From Acidimicrobiales bacterium (lineage in GTDB: Bacteria > Actinomycetota > Acidimicrobiia > Acidimicrobiales > CADCTF01), in contig JBKJKM010000148.1 in NCBI GenBank assembly GCA_046597375.1, positions 1 through 43,898 on the forward strand: a DNA stretch of 43,898 nt, given 5' to 3'. A program made the translations under genes and the position numbers. The notes beneath the pieces are model-generated. The model was not told where the DNA came from and searched no databases. It saw nothing but the letters and a program-made list of their open reading frames with translations. Shown here one piece after another: positions 28,122 through 37,407 of this stretch (position 1 is the first letter of the stretch; each line of letters begins with the position of its first letter).

Positions 28122-29101
28122 CCCAACTTCGGTGGGCTGGCGAGCACGCCGTTCGAAGTCGCGTCGCCTTCGCTGGCGAAGAGCTCGCGGAGCCCACCGA
28201 GGGCGCCGAGCACCGACGTCGCCTCCAGTGGGAGGAAGATCTTGGTGGCTTGGCCGTCGGCCACCTTGGCCAGCGTCTCGAGGTACTTGACGGCCAGCAC
28301 GTCGCTGGTCGGTCGCCCTTCGTGGATGGCGGCGAAGACCGACTTGATGGCCTCGGCCTCGCCGGCGGCCACGGCCGTCTGGCGGAACTGCTCGGCCTCG
28401 GCTTGGGCCTTCGTCGCCTCGGCGCGACCCTGGGCGTCGAGGATCTGGGCTTCGCGATGACCCTCGGCCTCGAGGATCTTCGACTGCTTGGCCCCCTCGG
28501 CCCGGGCGATGGCGGCTTCGCGGTCGCCTTGGGCCGTGGTCACGCTGGCGCGACGGGTGCGTTCGGCCTTCATCTGCTCGTGCATGGCGTGCATGACGTC
28601 GGCTGGAGGGTCGATGCGCTGGATCTCGACGCGGACGACCTTGGTGCCCCACTTGTCGGTGGCGTCGTCCAGGATGAGGCGGAGTTGGGTGTTGATCGTG
28701 TCGCGGGATGTCAGCGCCTCGTCCAGTTGCATGTCCCCGATGACGTTGCGCAGGTTCGTCTGGGCCAGCTTCGTGACGGCCATGTAGAAGTCGACGACGT
28801 TGTACACGAGGCGCTGCGGATCGGTCGCTTCGTAGTAGACGACGGCGTCCACCGAGACGACCACGTTGTCTGAGGTGATGACCTCCTGGGGCGGGATGTC
28901 GACGACCCGCTCACGCATGTCCACGCGGGCCATCCGGTCGATGAACGGCACGATGAGGCGGAGGCCCGGCTCACTGGTGGCGTGGTACTTGCCGAGGCGC
29001 TCGACCAACCCTCGTTCGAACGGGCGGATGATTTTCACGCCGCTGATGACGACGGCCAGCAACAAGAGGGCCAGTGAGGCGAACACGATGACGAACGCCA
29101 T
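28118..29101 (-). CDS. SPFH/Band 7 (stomatin-like) membrane protein
   Basis: N-terminal [38 protein letters not shown]. Confidence 0.93.
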   Translation of the reverse strand: MAFVIVFASLALLLLAVVISGVKIIRPFERGLVERLGKYHATSEPGLRLIVPFIDRMARVDMRERVVDIPPQEVITSDNVVVSVDAVVYYEATDPQRLVYNVVDFYMAVTKLAQTNLRNVIGDMQLDEALTSRDTINTQLRLILDDATDKWGTKVVRVEIQRIDPPADVMHAMHEQMKAERTRRASVTTAQGDREAAIARAEGAKQSKILEAEGHREAQILDAQGRAEATKAQAEAEQFRQTAVAAGEAEAIKSVFAAIHEGRPTSDVLAVKYLETLAKVADGQATKIFLPLEATSVLGALGGLRELFASEGDATSNGVLASPPKLG

Positions 29102-29103
29102 GG

Positions 29104-29589
29104 TCAGGTAGCTCCTTCAGTTGGAAGGGTCGGCGGCTCGTCCAGTGGTACGACCACCAGTCGAGTGCCGTCGACCCGGCTCACGAGCACGGTGGACCCG
29201 GCTCGGATGGGAACGCCGGTGAGCGATTCGCCGCGCCACTCCTCATGGTCGAGCCGGATGCGGCCGCCGCCGCCCGGACCACCAGGGATGTCCTCGAGAA
29301 CGAGCGCTTCGCGGCTGACCCAACGGGCCGATCCGACGGCCGAGTAGGGCGCTCGCCGCTCGAGGCGTCGGGCGTAGGGGCGGAACGCAGCAAACGTCGC
29401 GACCGATCCGCCGAGGAAGAGGGCCCATTCGACCGGCACCGGGACGCCGGCAAAAGCAGCCAGTGCAGCGACGATGGCGCCGAGGGCAAACGGGGCGAGG
29501 AAGAACGAGCCGGCCACGGCCACTTCGCCGATGCCGAAGGCCAGCACCGCCGCCAGCCAAATCCATCGCCAGGTCTCCGGCGTCCCCAC
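29104..29589 (-). CDS. NfeD family protein (short, C-terminal OB-fold type)
   Basis: Three TM helices then G.I....EEW.G...I.AG..V.V..VDG..LVV; upstream of SPFH; TACCCT -10 at 29597-29602. Confidence 0.88.
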   Translation of the reverse strand: MGTPETWRWIWLAAVLAFGIGEVAVAGSFFLAPFALGAIVAALAAFAGVPVPVEWALFLGGSVATFAAFRPYARRLERRAPYSAVGSARWVSREALVLEDIPGGPGGGGRIRLDHEEWRGESLTGVPIRAGSTVLVSRVDGTRLVVVPLDEPPTLPTEGAT

Positions 29590-29619
29590 ACAGTCGAGGG
29601 TATTCGGTCGGGCGGTGTC

Positions 29620-30411
29620 TCAGGTGGCGATATCGGCGAGGAGCCCGAAGTGGTCGGTCGGCCAGGTTCCCGTAAGGGGCCGGTCGGCGACGACGCTGCA
29701 GGCGGTGATGCGCCCGCGACCGTCGTCTCGCCGCCACCCGGCGAACACGTAGTCGATGCGTCGATCAGGCTCGTGCTCGGCCGCCGCAAAGGGGTTGGCG
29801 TTGCTCCACGTCCATCCGGGCTCTCGGCCGCCTGCCACTCGCCAGGCGTCCTGGAAGTAGGTGCTCCGGCCCTGCAGCGACGACGACCCGGTGAGGAACC
29901 GGATTTCCGTGCTGTCCGGTTCGGCGTTGAAATCACCGGCCAGGATCGGCGGAAGCGCCGACGCCGGGTCGGCCTCGGCCTGGATCACTTCGTCGATCCG
30001 GACGACTTGGCGCTCCCGCTGCTCGCCGCACTCGTACAACGACGTGAGGTGGGTGGTGAACATGTCGACGCCGCCGGTGCGGGCGTGCAATAGAAGGCGT
30101 TGCACGTCCCCAGGCCGATCCTCGGTGGGCAGGAGGTGGACGGCTTCGTGATCGATAGGCGTCTTGGCGAGAATGGCGTTGCCAAACAACAAGCCCGGTC
30201 GTCCCTCCACCAGCCCGAGGGAGACGTGGTCGTAGCCCGTCCGCTCGGCGATCCAGTGGGCCGTGTTCCGGGGGCCGCCGGCGTCGGCCAGCACCTCTTG
30301 CACGCACACGACGTCGGCGCTGAGGTTTTCCATCCACGCCACGATCTCTTCTCGGCGCTCCTTCCAGGGTCCGGCGACGTTCCAGAGGTTCAGGGTCAGC
30401 ACCCGCAGCAC
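29620..30411 (-). CDS. Endonuclease/exonuclease/phosphatase family protein
   Basis: TLNLW, DVVCVQEV, TTHL, GDFN, RIDYVF, TDH; GTG 30411 with TAGCGT -10. Confidence 0.9.
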   Translation of the reverse strand: MLRVLTLNLWNVAGPWKERREEIVAWMENLSADVVCVQEVLADAGGPRNTAHWIAERTGYDHVSLGLVEGRPGLLFGNAILAKTPIDHEAVHLLPTEDRPGDVQRLLLHARTGGVDMFTTHLTSLYECGEQRERQVVRIDEVIQAEADPASALPPILAGDFNAEPDSTEIRFLTGSSSLQGRSTYFQDAWRVAGGREPGWTWSNANPFAAAEHEPDRRIDYVFAGWRRDDGRGRITACSVVADRPLTGTWPTDHFGLLADIAT

Positions 30412-30475
30412 ACCGTCGACGCTACGCCTGTTGGAGTCGCCACAGCCGCTTGACCAACGGGGGCATGCTGGCCGC

Positions 30476-30916
30476 ATGTCCCGCCGCCCGATCTCGGTCG
30501 ACCACGTGGCGTCCGTGACCGGGTCGCCGGCTGACATTTGGCCCCACATCGCCGACCCCGCTCGGCGGCCGGCGTGGATGACCGAGCTCCGGAGTGTGGA
30601 AGCGTCGCCGGGCGAAGTGGAGGTGGGCGACCGCTTCCACGGGCAGAGCTCGATCCTGCTGCACGACTTCATCGGGACCAGTGAAGTGATGGAGGTCGAC
30701 CGTGGTCGTGTGCTGGTGGAGGAGGTGGTGATCGGCGCCCGGTTCGTGAGCCGGTGGGAGCTCACGGCCGACGGCGCCGGCGCCACCTGCGTTCGACACA
30801 CCATCGATGTTGAGTTTCCAGCTGGGCCCTTCAGCCCGATCGAGCGGTGGGTGTTGCGGCGTCGGCTCCTGCGCATGCAGAAGGCCAGCCTGCGAAACCT
30901 GGCGGCTCGTCCCTAG
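30476..30916 (+). CDS. SRPBCC (START-like) family protein
   Basis: SPADIW.HIADP.RRPAWM motif and a C-terminal helix (SLRNL); about 146 aa. Confidence 0.75.
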   Translation: MSRRPISVDHVASVTGSPADIWPHIADPARRPAWMTELRSVEASPGEVEVGDRFHGQSSILLHDFIGTSEVMEVDRGRVLVEEVVIGARFVSRWELTADGAGATCVRHTIDVEFPAGPFSPIERWVLRRRLLRMQKASLRNLAARP

Positions 30917-32166
30917 CTGCGGATGAGACCGGCGCCGGCGGTGGCGTTGGTGGCGTCGTCGATGAGGATGAACGAGCCGGTGATGCGGTTTCGGGCGTAG
31001 GAGTCGACGGCCAAGGGGCTCGAGATGCGGAGCTTCACGCGGCCGATCCCGTTGAGGCCGAGTTCGGTGGGTTCGCCGTCCTCGTCGAGAGTGTTCACGT
31101 CGAGGCGGTGCACGAGCTCGCTCACCACGGCCTTGGCCATGCGGGTCGTGTGTTTGATCGAGTACTTGTTGCCGACGACCAGCGGCCTGTCGATCATCCA
31201 GCAGAGGTCGGCCTCGAGCTCGGAGACCACGGCCGGCTCCTCGCCCACCCGGGCCAGCAGGTCGCCCCGGCTCACATCGATCTCGTCGGCCAGTCGGATG
31301 GTGACGGCCATCGGCGCGAACGCTTCGGTGACCTCGCCCTCCAAGGTGTCGATGGCGGTGATGGTCGATCGGAGGCCCGAGGGCAGCACGACGATCTCGT
31401 CGCCCGGATGGAAGGTGCCGCCGGCGACCTGCCCGGCGTAACCGCGGTAGTCGTGGTGCTCGTCGCTCATCGGGCGGATCACGTATTGCACGGGGAAGCG
31501 TCCCTGGACGGGATCGTGATCGTGGACGTCGACCTTCTCGAGGTGTTCGAGCAGCGGAGGCCCGGCGTACCATCCGAGGTTGGGAGAGGGATCGACGACG
31601 TTGTCCCCATTGAGGGCGGAGACGGGGATGGGCGTGACCTCGACCTCGTGCGTCGAGTCGATGGCCTCGACGAAGGCCTCGAACTCGCGCGCGATCTCGT
31701 CGAAGATCTCTTCCGACCAGTTGACGAGGTCCATCTTGTTGACGCACAGCACGAGGTGGCGGATGCCGAGCAACGTGGCCAGGAAGGCGTGGCGCCGGCT
31801 CTGCTCGATCACGCCCTTGCGGGCGTCGACCAACACGATGGCCAGGTCGGCCAGCGACGCTCCCGTGACCATGTTGCGCGTGTACTGCACGTGCCCGGGC
31901 GTGTCGGCGATGATGAACTTGCGACGCGGCGTCGCAAAGTAGCGGTAGGCGACGTCGATGGTGATGCCCTGCTCGCGCTCGGCCCGCAGGCCGTCGGTGA
32001 GCAGCGCCAGGTTGACGTAGGTGTCGCCGCGCCGTTGCGACGACAGTTCGACGGCCTCCAGCTGGTCCTCGAAGATCGACTTCGAGTCGTGCAGGAGGCG
32101 CCCGATGAGCGTGGACTTCCCGTCGTCCACGGACCCAGCCGTGGCGAACCGCAACAGCTCGGTCAT
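30913..32166 (-). CDS. cysN: Sulfate adenylyltransferase subunit 1
   Basis: GSVDDGKSTLIGRLL, EREQGITIDVAYRYF, DTPGH, NKMD; no fused CysC domain. Confidence 0.96.
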   Translation of the reverse strand: MTELLRFATAGSVDDGKSTLIGRLLHDSKSIFEDQLEAVELSSQRRGDTYVNLALLTDGLRAEREQGITIDVAYRYFATPRRKFIIADTPGHVQYTRNMVTGASLADLAIVLVDARKGVIEQSRRHAFLATLLGIRHLVLCVNKMDLVNWSEEIFDEIAREFEAFVEAIDSTHEVEVTPIPVSALNGDNVVDPSPNLGWYAGPPLLEHLEKVDVHDHDPVQGRFPVQYVIRPMSDEHHDYRGYAGQVAGGTFHPGDEIVVLPSGLRSTITAIDTLEGEVTEAFAPMAVTIRLADEIDVSRGDLLARVGEEPAVVSELEADLCWMIDRPLVVGNKYSIKHTTRMAKAVVSELVHRLDVNTLDEDGEPTELGLNGIGRVKLRISSPLAVDSYARNRITGSFILIDDATNATAGAGLIRS

Positions 32167-32169
32167 GGC

Positions 32170-33123
32170 TTAGAAGTAGCCCTCGCGCTTGCGGTCTTCC
32201 ATGGCGGCTTCGGAGAACTTGTCGTCGGCTCGGGTCGCCCCCCGCTCGGTGATCCGGGTGGCGGCGACCTCGGTGATGACCTCTTCGAGGGTGCGGGCAT
32301 CCGACCTCACTGCGCCGGTGCAACTCATATCGCCCACGGTGCGGTAGCGGACGAGTTCCTCGAACGGCTCTTCGCCCTCGCGAGGCTGGGTGACGTCGGT
32401 GACGGCCAACAGCATCGAGTCGCGCTCGAACACCTTGCGGTGGTGGGCGAAATAGATGTTGGGCACCTCGAGCTGCTCGAGGGCGATGTATTGCCACACG
32501 TCCATCTCGGTCCAGTTGGAGATGGGGAAGGCTCGGATGTGCTCGCCTTTGCGGATGCGGCTGTTGAAGAGGTTCCAGAGCTCGGGACGCTGGTTCTTCG
32601 GATCCCACTGCCCGAAGTCGTCGCGGAACGAGTACATGCGCTCCTTGGCCCTGGCCTTCTCCTCGTCACGACGGGCACCGCCGAAGGCGGCGTCGAAACC
32701 GTGCTCCTCGATGGCCCGCAGCAGCGTGGTCGTCTGAAGTCGGTTGCGACCGGCCTTGACGTCCTCCACGACGCGACCGGCGTCGATGTCATCTTGCACC
32801 GAGGCCACGATCAGACGCTCGCCGAGCTCGGCCACCCGGCGGTCGCGATATTCGTAGACCTCGGCGAAGTTGTGACCGGTGTCGACGTGCATCAACGGGA
32901 AGGGAAATCGTCCGGGACGAAAGGCCTTCTCAGCCAAGCGGAGAAGCACGATCGAGTCCTTGCCGCCGCTGAAGAGCAGCACCGGGTGCTCGAACTCGGC
33001 CGCCACCTCCCGCATGAGGAAGACCGCCTCGGCCTCGAGCGCCTCGAGGTGGGTGAGGCGCCGGCTTCGGCCGGACGTGGGGGCGAGGGTCGGAGCCATG
33101 CCTGCCTTTTCCAGAAGGGTCAT
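32170..33123 (-). CDS. cysD: Sulfate adenylyltransferase subunit 2
   Basis: FSGGKDS, GGARRDEEKARAKER, QWDPKNQRPELW, MEDRKREGYF. Start 33123 (ATGA overlap) or 33099. Confidence 0.96.
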   Translation of the reverse strand: MTLLEKAGMAPTLAPTSGRSRRLTHLEALEAEAVFLMREVAAEFEHPVLLFSGGKDSIVLLRLAEKAFRPGRFPFPLMHVDTGHNFAEVYEYRDRRVAELGERLIVASVQDDIDAGRVVEDVKAGRNRLQTTTLLRAIEEHGFDAAFGGARRDEEKARAKERMYSFRDDFGQWDPKNQRPELWNLFNSRIRKGEHIRAFPISNWTEMDVWQYIALEQLEVPNIYFAHHRKVFERDSMLLAVTDVTQPREGEEPFEELVRYRTVGDMSCTGAVRSDARTLEEVITEVAATRITERGATRADDKFSEAAMEDRKREGYF

Positions 33124-33785
33124 TCGTGGATCCCGCATTCGGTCTTGTCGGTGCCGGCCCAGCGGCCGGACCGAGGATCGTCGCCCGGTGCGACCGGACG
33201 GGTCGTCGGCTGGCAGCCGATCGAGAGGTAGCCCTGATCGAGCAGCGCGTTGTAGGGGACGTCGTTGCTGGCGATGTAGCCCTCGACGTCGACGTCGCCC
33301 CAGGTGGCCAGTGGGTTGATCTTGACGAGGCCGCGCCGGTCGAGCGAGAGGATGGGCGCCTCCGCACGGGTGTCGGCTTCGACGCGACGCAGGCCGCTGA
33401 GCCACGCCCGCTTCCCGGACAGCGCCTCGTCGAGGGCCGCGACTTTGGCATCGGAGCAACAGCGGATCGGGTCGCTCACGTGGAACGGCACATCGGGTTC
33501 GGGCACCCGCAAGATCCGCAGATTGATGTTGTAACGGCTCCGCACCCGCTCGACCGTTTCGTAGGTCTCGGCGAAGTGGTCGCCGGTGTCGATGAACACC
33601 ACCTCGATGTCGGGCTTGACCCGGGTGGCCACGTCGATCAGCACCGCGTCCTGGAACGACGCAGCGATGCAGAGGTCGTCGCCGAAGGTGTCGACCGCCC
33701 AGCGCACGACCTTCGACGCCGGCGCCGATTCGAACGACGCCGAGAGAGCATCGAGCCCGACGACCTCCGTCGTCGTCGTGCTCAT
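33120..33785 (-). CDS. cysH: (Phospho)adenylyl-sulfate reductase
   Basis: DTG.HF.ET, CC, GLRR, KINPL, SIGC, R.GRW.G..KTECGIH. Confidence 0.93.
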   Translation of the reverse strand: MSTTTTEVVGLDALSASFESAPASKVVRWAVDTFGDDLCIAASFQDAVLIDVATRVKPDIEVVFIDTGDHFAETYETVERVRSRYNINLRILRVPEPDVPFHVSDPIRCCSDAKVAALDEALSGKRAWLSGLRRVEADTRAEAPILSLDRRGLVKINPLATWGDVDVEGYIASNDVPYNALLDQGYLSIGCQPTTRPVAPGDDPRSGRWAGTDKTECGIHE

Positions 33786-34291
33786 CGAATAGCTCCGAGG
33801 ACGAGCTCGGCGGCATCGTCGACGGACAAGTCTTGGGTCGGGATCGTCACCTCGGGGGAGAGGGGCGGTTCGTAGGGATCGTCGACGCCGGTGAGGCCGC
33901 TGATCTCGCCCGACCGCTGCTTGGCGTAGAGGCCCTTCACGTCACGATCACTGCAGACCTCGACAGGCGTTGAGACATGCACCTCGACGAAGCGGCCCTG
34001 ATGGAGCTGGCGAAGCTCGTCGCGCACGCTGCGGTACGGGGAGATGACCGAGCACAGCACCGTGACGCCGTTGCGTGAGAGGAGATCGGCAACGAAGCCG
34101 ATGCGGCGAACGTTCTCGTCGCGATCCTCGCGAGTGAAACCGAGTCCCTTGGTCAGGTGGGTGCGCACGATGTCGCCGTCGAGCACCTCGACCTTGCGGC
34201 CCTCGTCGAGCAATTTTTTCTCGACGGCACGGGCGATCGTCGTCTTGCCGGCCGACGGGAGCCCCGTCAGCCACACGGTCCGTCCGGTCAC
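33782..34291 (-). CDS. cysC: Adenylyl-sulfate kinase
   Basis: WLTGLPSAGKTT, LDGDIVR, RDVKGLY, TGVDDPYE; GTGA overlap with the sir stop. Confidence 0.96.
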   Translation of the reverse strand: MTGRTVWLTGLPSAGKTTIARAVEKKLLDEGRKVEVLDGDIVRTHLTKGLGFTREDRDENVRRIGFVADLLSRNGVTVLCSVISPYRSVRDELRQLHQGRFVEVHVSTPVEVCSDRDVKGLYAKQRSGEISGLTGVDDPYEPPLSPEVTIPTQDLSVDDAAELVLGAIR

Positions 34292-36090
34292 GTCGCTGCG
34301 CACTCGCCTTCGCCGACCTCGGCGACGTAGGGCCCTTGTTCGCCGTAGTCAACGTAGAAGTCGGGGGATTCGGCAGGGGTGGGCCAGTCGTCGAGCTTCT
34401 TGAGGTCGGCGGCGATGGCGGCGGCGCCACCTGAACGGAACAGCCACTCGTCGAAGCGCTCGCCGGCCACGCGCTCGTTGGCGAATCGCCCGACGACGGT
34501 CACGACGGCCTCACCCGTCCGTTTGGCCGGAAGCCGCAAGGCCTTGGTGCCGAACTCGATCTCTGTCTCGCCGACACGGCCGCCGAGGAACATCTGGTAG
34601 CCCGGAGCGGCCGTCTGATGGGCCCGGCGCTCCACGCCCTGGAAGCCGATGTCGGCGATGTGGTGCTGCCCGCAGGAGTTCGAGCAGCCGGAGATGTTCA
34701 TGCGAACGCCGGGAACCTCGGACAGGCCGGCTTCCTCCAGCGCCTCGCCGATGGCCTTGGCCAGGCCCCGGCTCTGGGTGACAGCCAGGTTGCAGGTGTC
34801 GGTGCCCGGGCAGCTCACGACGTCGCGCGCCATCTCGGCGCCGGGGCGGGCCATGTCGATGGCAGAGAGGCGCTCGTACAGGACCGGCAACTGGGCTTCG
34901 GTCAGGTCGCGAAAGGCGAGGTTCTGGCGGTTGGTCGCCCGCACGGACGAGGACAGCTCTCGGGTGATCGAGGCCAAGGCGCGGAACTGGTCGCTGGTGA
35001 TGTCGCCGAGCACGGCGTGGGCCATCGCCGACACCGTCCCGTTGGCCCGGCCCCGCCAGACGTTGGCCTGTTCCCACCGCTTGTAGGGATCGAGGGCGGT
35101 GAGCGTCACCGGCGTGCCCGGGTGGTCGGACTCGACACCATCGGCGCTGCCCGCAGGCGCATCGCCTGCCAGTTGGACGATCTCGGGGATGCCGCCGGCC
35201 CAGGTCGAGGAGGCGATGAGGAACTTGCGCTCGCGCATCACGACGCGTCGGAGTTCGTCGATACCCATGGTGTCGACGAGCCACTTCATGCGAGCTCGCA
35301 GCTTGTTGTCACGGTTGCCGTAATGGTCGAACACGCGGAGGCAGGCTTCGATGGTCTCGAGCAGTTGGTCGCGCGGCGTGAATTCCTCGAGGGCCTGCGC
35401 TGGGTGAGGGTTGGCGCCGAGACCACCGGCGATGAAGACGCGGAAGCCGGCCTCGACCGTGCCGTCGGCGTTGGGCCGGCCGACGGCGACGACGCCGACG
35501 TCGTTGAACATGGCCTGGCCGCAGTCGGTCACGCAGCCCGAGAAGTTGATCTTGAACTTGCGCGGTAGGCGTTGTGCGTAGGGGTGGTGGAGGAAGTGCT
35601 TGAACGTCGCCTCGGCCCACGGCGTGATGTCGAGCACCTCGAAGGGGCAGGCGCCAGCGAGGTGGCACCCCATCACGTTTCGGACCGTGTCGCCGCACGC
35701 TTCGCGTGTCGTCAGCCCGGCGTCGGCCAACTCGGTCAGGAGATCGGGCACGCGCTCGAGGTCGACGAAGTGGAACTGCATGTTCTGGCGGGTCGTGATG
35801 TGGCCCCATCCCCGGCTGTATTCGTCGGCGATGCGGCCGAACACATCGAGCTGCTCTGCCGTGACGCCGCCATAGGGAAGCTTCACCCGGATCATCTGGT
35901 TGCGGCCGCCTTGGCGCTGGCCGTACACGCCGTTGTTCAATCGGAAGACACGGAAGCGGTCCTCATCGATCTCGCCTGCGAGATAGGGCACCAGCATCTG
36001 GCGGAACTTGGTGATGTCCGCGTCGATCTCGGCGCGAAGGGCGGGCGCGAAGGCCCCCGGTCCGATCTCGACGGTGTGGGAAATGGACAT
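34288..36090 (-). CDS. Siroheme nitrite/sulfite reductase (probably ferredoxin-dependent sulfite reductase)
   Basis: GVYGQR, HITTRQN.Q, EACGDTVRN, LPRKFK, C-x5-C...GC-x3-C motifs; first gene of the cys operon. Confidence 0.9.
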   Translation of the reverse strand: MSISHTVEIGPGAFAPALRAEIDADITKFRQMLVPYLAGEIDEDRFRVFRLNNGVYGQRQGGRNQMIRVKLPYGGVTAEQLDVFGRIADEYSRGWGHITTRQNMQFHFVDLERVPDLLTELADAGLTTREACGDTVRNVMGCHLAGACPFEVLDITPWAEATFKHFLHHPYAQRLPRKFKINFSGCVTDCGQAMFNDVGVVAVGRPNADGTVEAGFRVFIAGGLGANPHPAQALEEFTPRDQLLETIEACLRVFDHYGNRDNKLRARMKWLVDTMGIDELRRVVMRERKFLIASSTWAGGIPEIVQLAGDAPAGSADGVESDHPGTPVTLTALDPYKRWEQANVWRGRANGTVSAMAHAVLGDITSDQFRALASITRELSSSVRATNRQNLAFRDLTEAQLPVLYERLSAIDMARPGAEMARDVVSCPGTDTCNLAVTQSRGLAKAIGEALEEAGLSEVPGVRMNISGCSNSCGQHHIADIGFQGVERRAHQTAAPGYQMFLGGRVGETEIEFGTKALRLPAKRTGEAVVTVVGRFANERVAGERFDEWLFRSGGAAAIAADLKKLDDWPTPAESPDFYVDYGEQGPYVAEVGEGECAAT

Positions 36091-36173
36091 GGAAGACCCC
36101 TTCACGAGCAGCGTGCGTTGGGCGTACAAGGACGAAGAACCACCGTCGCCGAGTGGATGTTCCGTCGGCGACC

Positions 36174-36284
36174 TCAGCCGTGGAGGCGTCGATGGCCGTC
36201 GCGGCCGAGGTGGGGCGTCGCGCCGACGGCAACGGAAGGCGCACCGCTCGTGCGCAGCAATCCGAGGGGGAGTGCGGCCATCAC
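36174..36284 (-). CDS. Possible 36-aa leaderless leader peptide upstream of sir
   Basis: GTG 7 nt downstream of the TAGATT -10; MMAALPLGLLRTSGAPSVAVGATPHLGRDGHRRLHG. Confidence 0.35.
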   Translation of the reverse strand: MMAALPLGLLRTSGAPSVAVGATPHLGRDGHRRLHG

Positions 36285-36291
36285 CGGGCCA

Positions 36292-36328
36292 AATCTAGCA
36301 AAACCTGACCTCTCCGATCAAGTTTTGC
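36292..36328 (-). promoter_or_regulatory. cys operon promoter overlapped by an Rrf2 (IscR/CymR)-type operator
   Basis: TTGATC-18 nt-TAGATT on the minus strand; 25-bp dyad AAACTTGATC-GGAGA-GGTCAGGTTT (36301-36325) resembling the IscR type 1 consensus. Confidence 0.65.
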
Positions 36329-36348
36329 GACTTTCGCTGCTTGACGGG

Positions 36349-37281
36349 TCAGCGTCGGCCGCGTCGGCCCTTCTTGTCAGTAGCCGGCAAGACGTCGTCG
36401 TCGTGCTCACCCAGCAACGGGTGGGGCGCCGGAGTCGGGCCGAGTTCAGGGTCGTCCGTTGGTTCCTCTGCGCCCCCGAAGGACGACTCCTGGGCCGAGA
36501 CGAAGGGCTCGTCGTCGAAGGCCGTTGGGTTGACCGACTCCTCCGGGCGGGTGTCGGCCACCATGGCGGCGAGGGCGTCGTGGGCGAGTCTCTGGGGACG
36601 GACGGGGCTGCGATAGGCGTTGGTGGGGAGGTCGAGCCAAGAGTTGTCGGTGATCGACGACGTCGCCGATTGGATGGCCCGCAGCCTGGCCAACTCGTCC
36701 TCGAGGGCCGTCAAGCGACGCTGCGCGTCCGCCAGCTGATCGTTGGCGAGCCCGAGCTCCTCGGTCAAGTGCCGGCGGTCGTTGTTGGCCGTCGCCCACT
36801 CGGCCAGGTGCTCGGTCGTCCGCTTCTCGCCTTCGCGCAGCTGGTTCTCTAGACGGCGGTTGTCCTCGGAGGCCTCGGCCAGCTGCGAACGGAGGAAGGA
36901 GAGCTGATCCTCGCTGGCCAGGCGACTGGCATTCGTCTTCTCGGCCTGGGCCTGGAGGCCGGCCAGATCGGTGCGCAGTACGGCGACCTCGTCGCGCAAC
37001 AGCGCCGCTTCCTCGCGAGCGGCCTCGTTCTGAGCGGACCAGTAACCGGCATTGGCGTCGATGAGGGCGGCGCCGTTGTCGTCGCCCTCCTCATCGACCC
37101 GCTCGGCCAGTTCGAGCACCGTGTCGAGTGGGACGAGGAAGGCCCCCCGCTCACCCTCCGCCCGTTGCGTCGGGATGCGGCCGGCCCGGTACCACTGGCG
37201 CACGGTGCCGGTGTCCAGCCCGGACCGCTCGGCGGCCTCGGCGACCGAGACCCAGACGGTCGAGCGGCTGCCCTCGTTCAT
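36349..37281 (-). CDS. MerR/excisionase-like HTH protein with long coiled coil and acidic tail
   Basis: VSVAEAAERSGL..GTVRQWYRAGRI HTH, heptad-rich middle region, Pro/acidic C-terminus. Confidence 0.7.
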   Translation of the reverse strand: MNEGSRSTVWVSVAEAAERSGLDTGTVRQWYRAGRIPTQRAEGERGAFLVPLDTVLELAERVDEEGDDNGAALIDANAGYWSAQNEAAREEAALLRDEVAVLRTDLAGLQAQAEKTNASRLASEDQLSFLRSQLAEASEDNRRLENQLREGEKRTTEHLAEWATANNDRRHLTEELGLANDQLADAQRRLTALEDELARLRAIQSATSSITDNSWLDLPTNAYRSPVRPQRLAHDALAAMVADTRPEESVNPTAFDDEPFVSAQESSFGGAEEPTDDPELGPTPAPHPLLGEHDDDVLPATDKKGRRGRR

Positions 37282-37407
37282 GGGTTCACCATCAGACCGC
37301 AAGCCAAGATCGACGAGGCGTTCATCCCGCCCATTCTGACCGGTTAGGGCGGAAGTCACGTCCTTCCGTTCGGCAGGCGGGTCAGGGAGCGGAGGGATCC
37401 GGCGAGA

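Noticed and set aside
36091-36290. SAM-I/SAM-IV riboswitch upstream of the cys operon
   Set aside because: The conserved core motifs could not be identified by eye; kept only as an unclassified structured leader.
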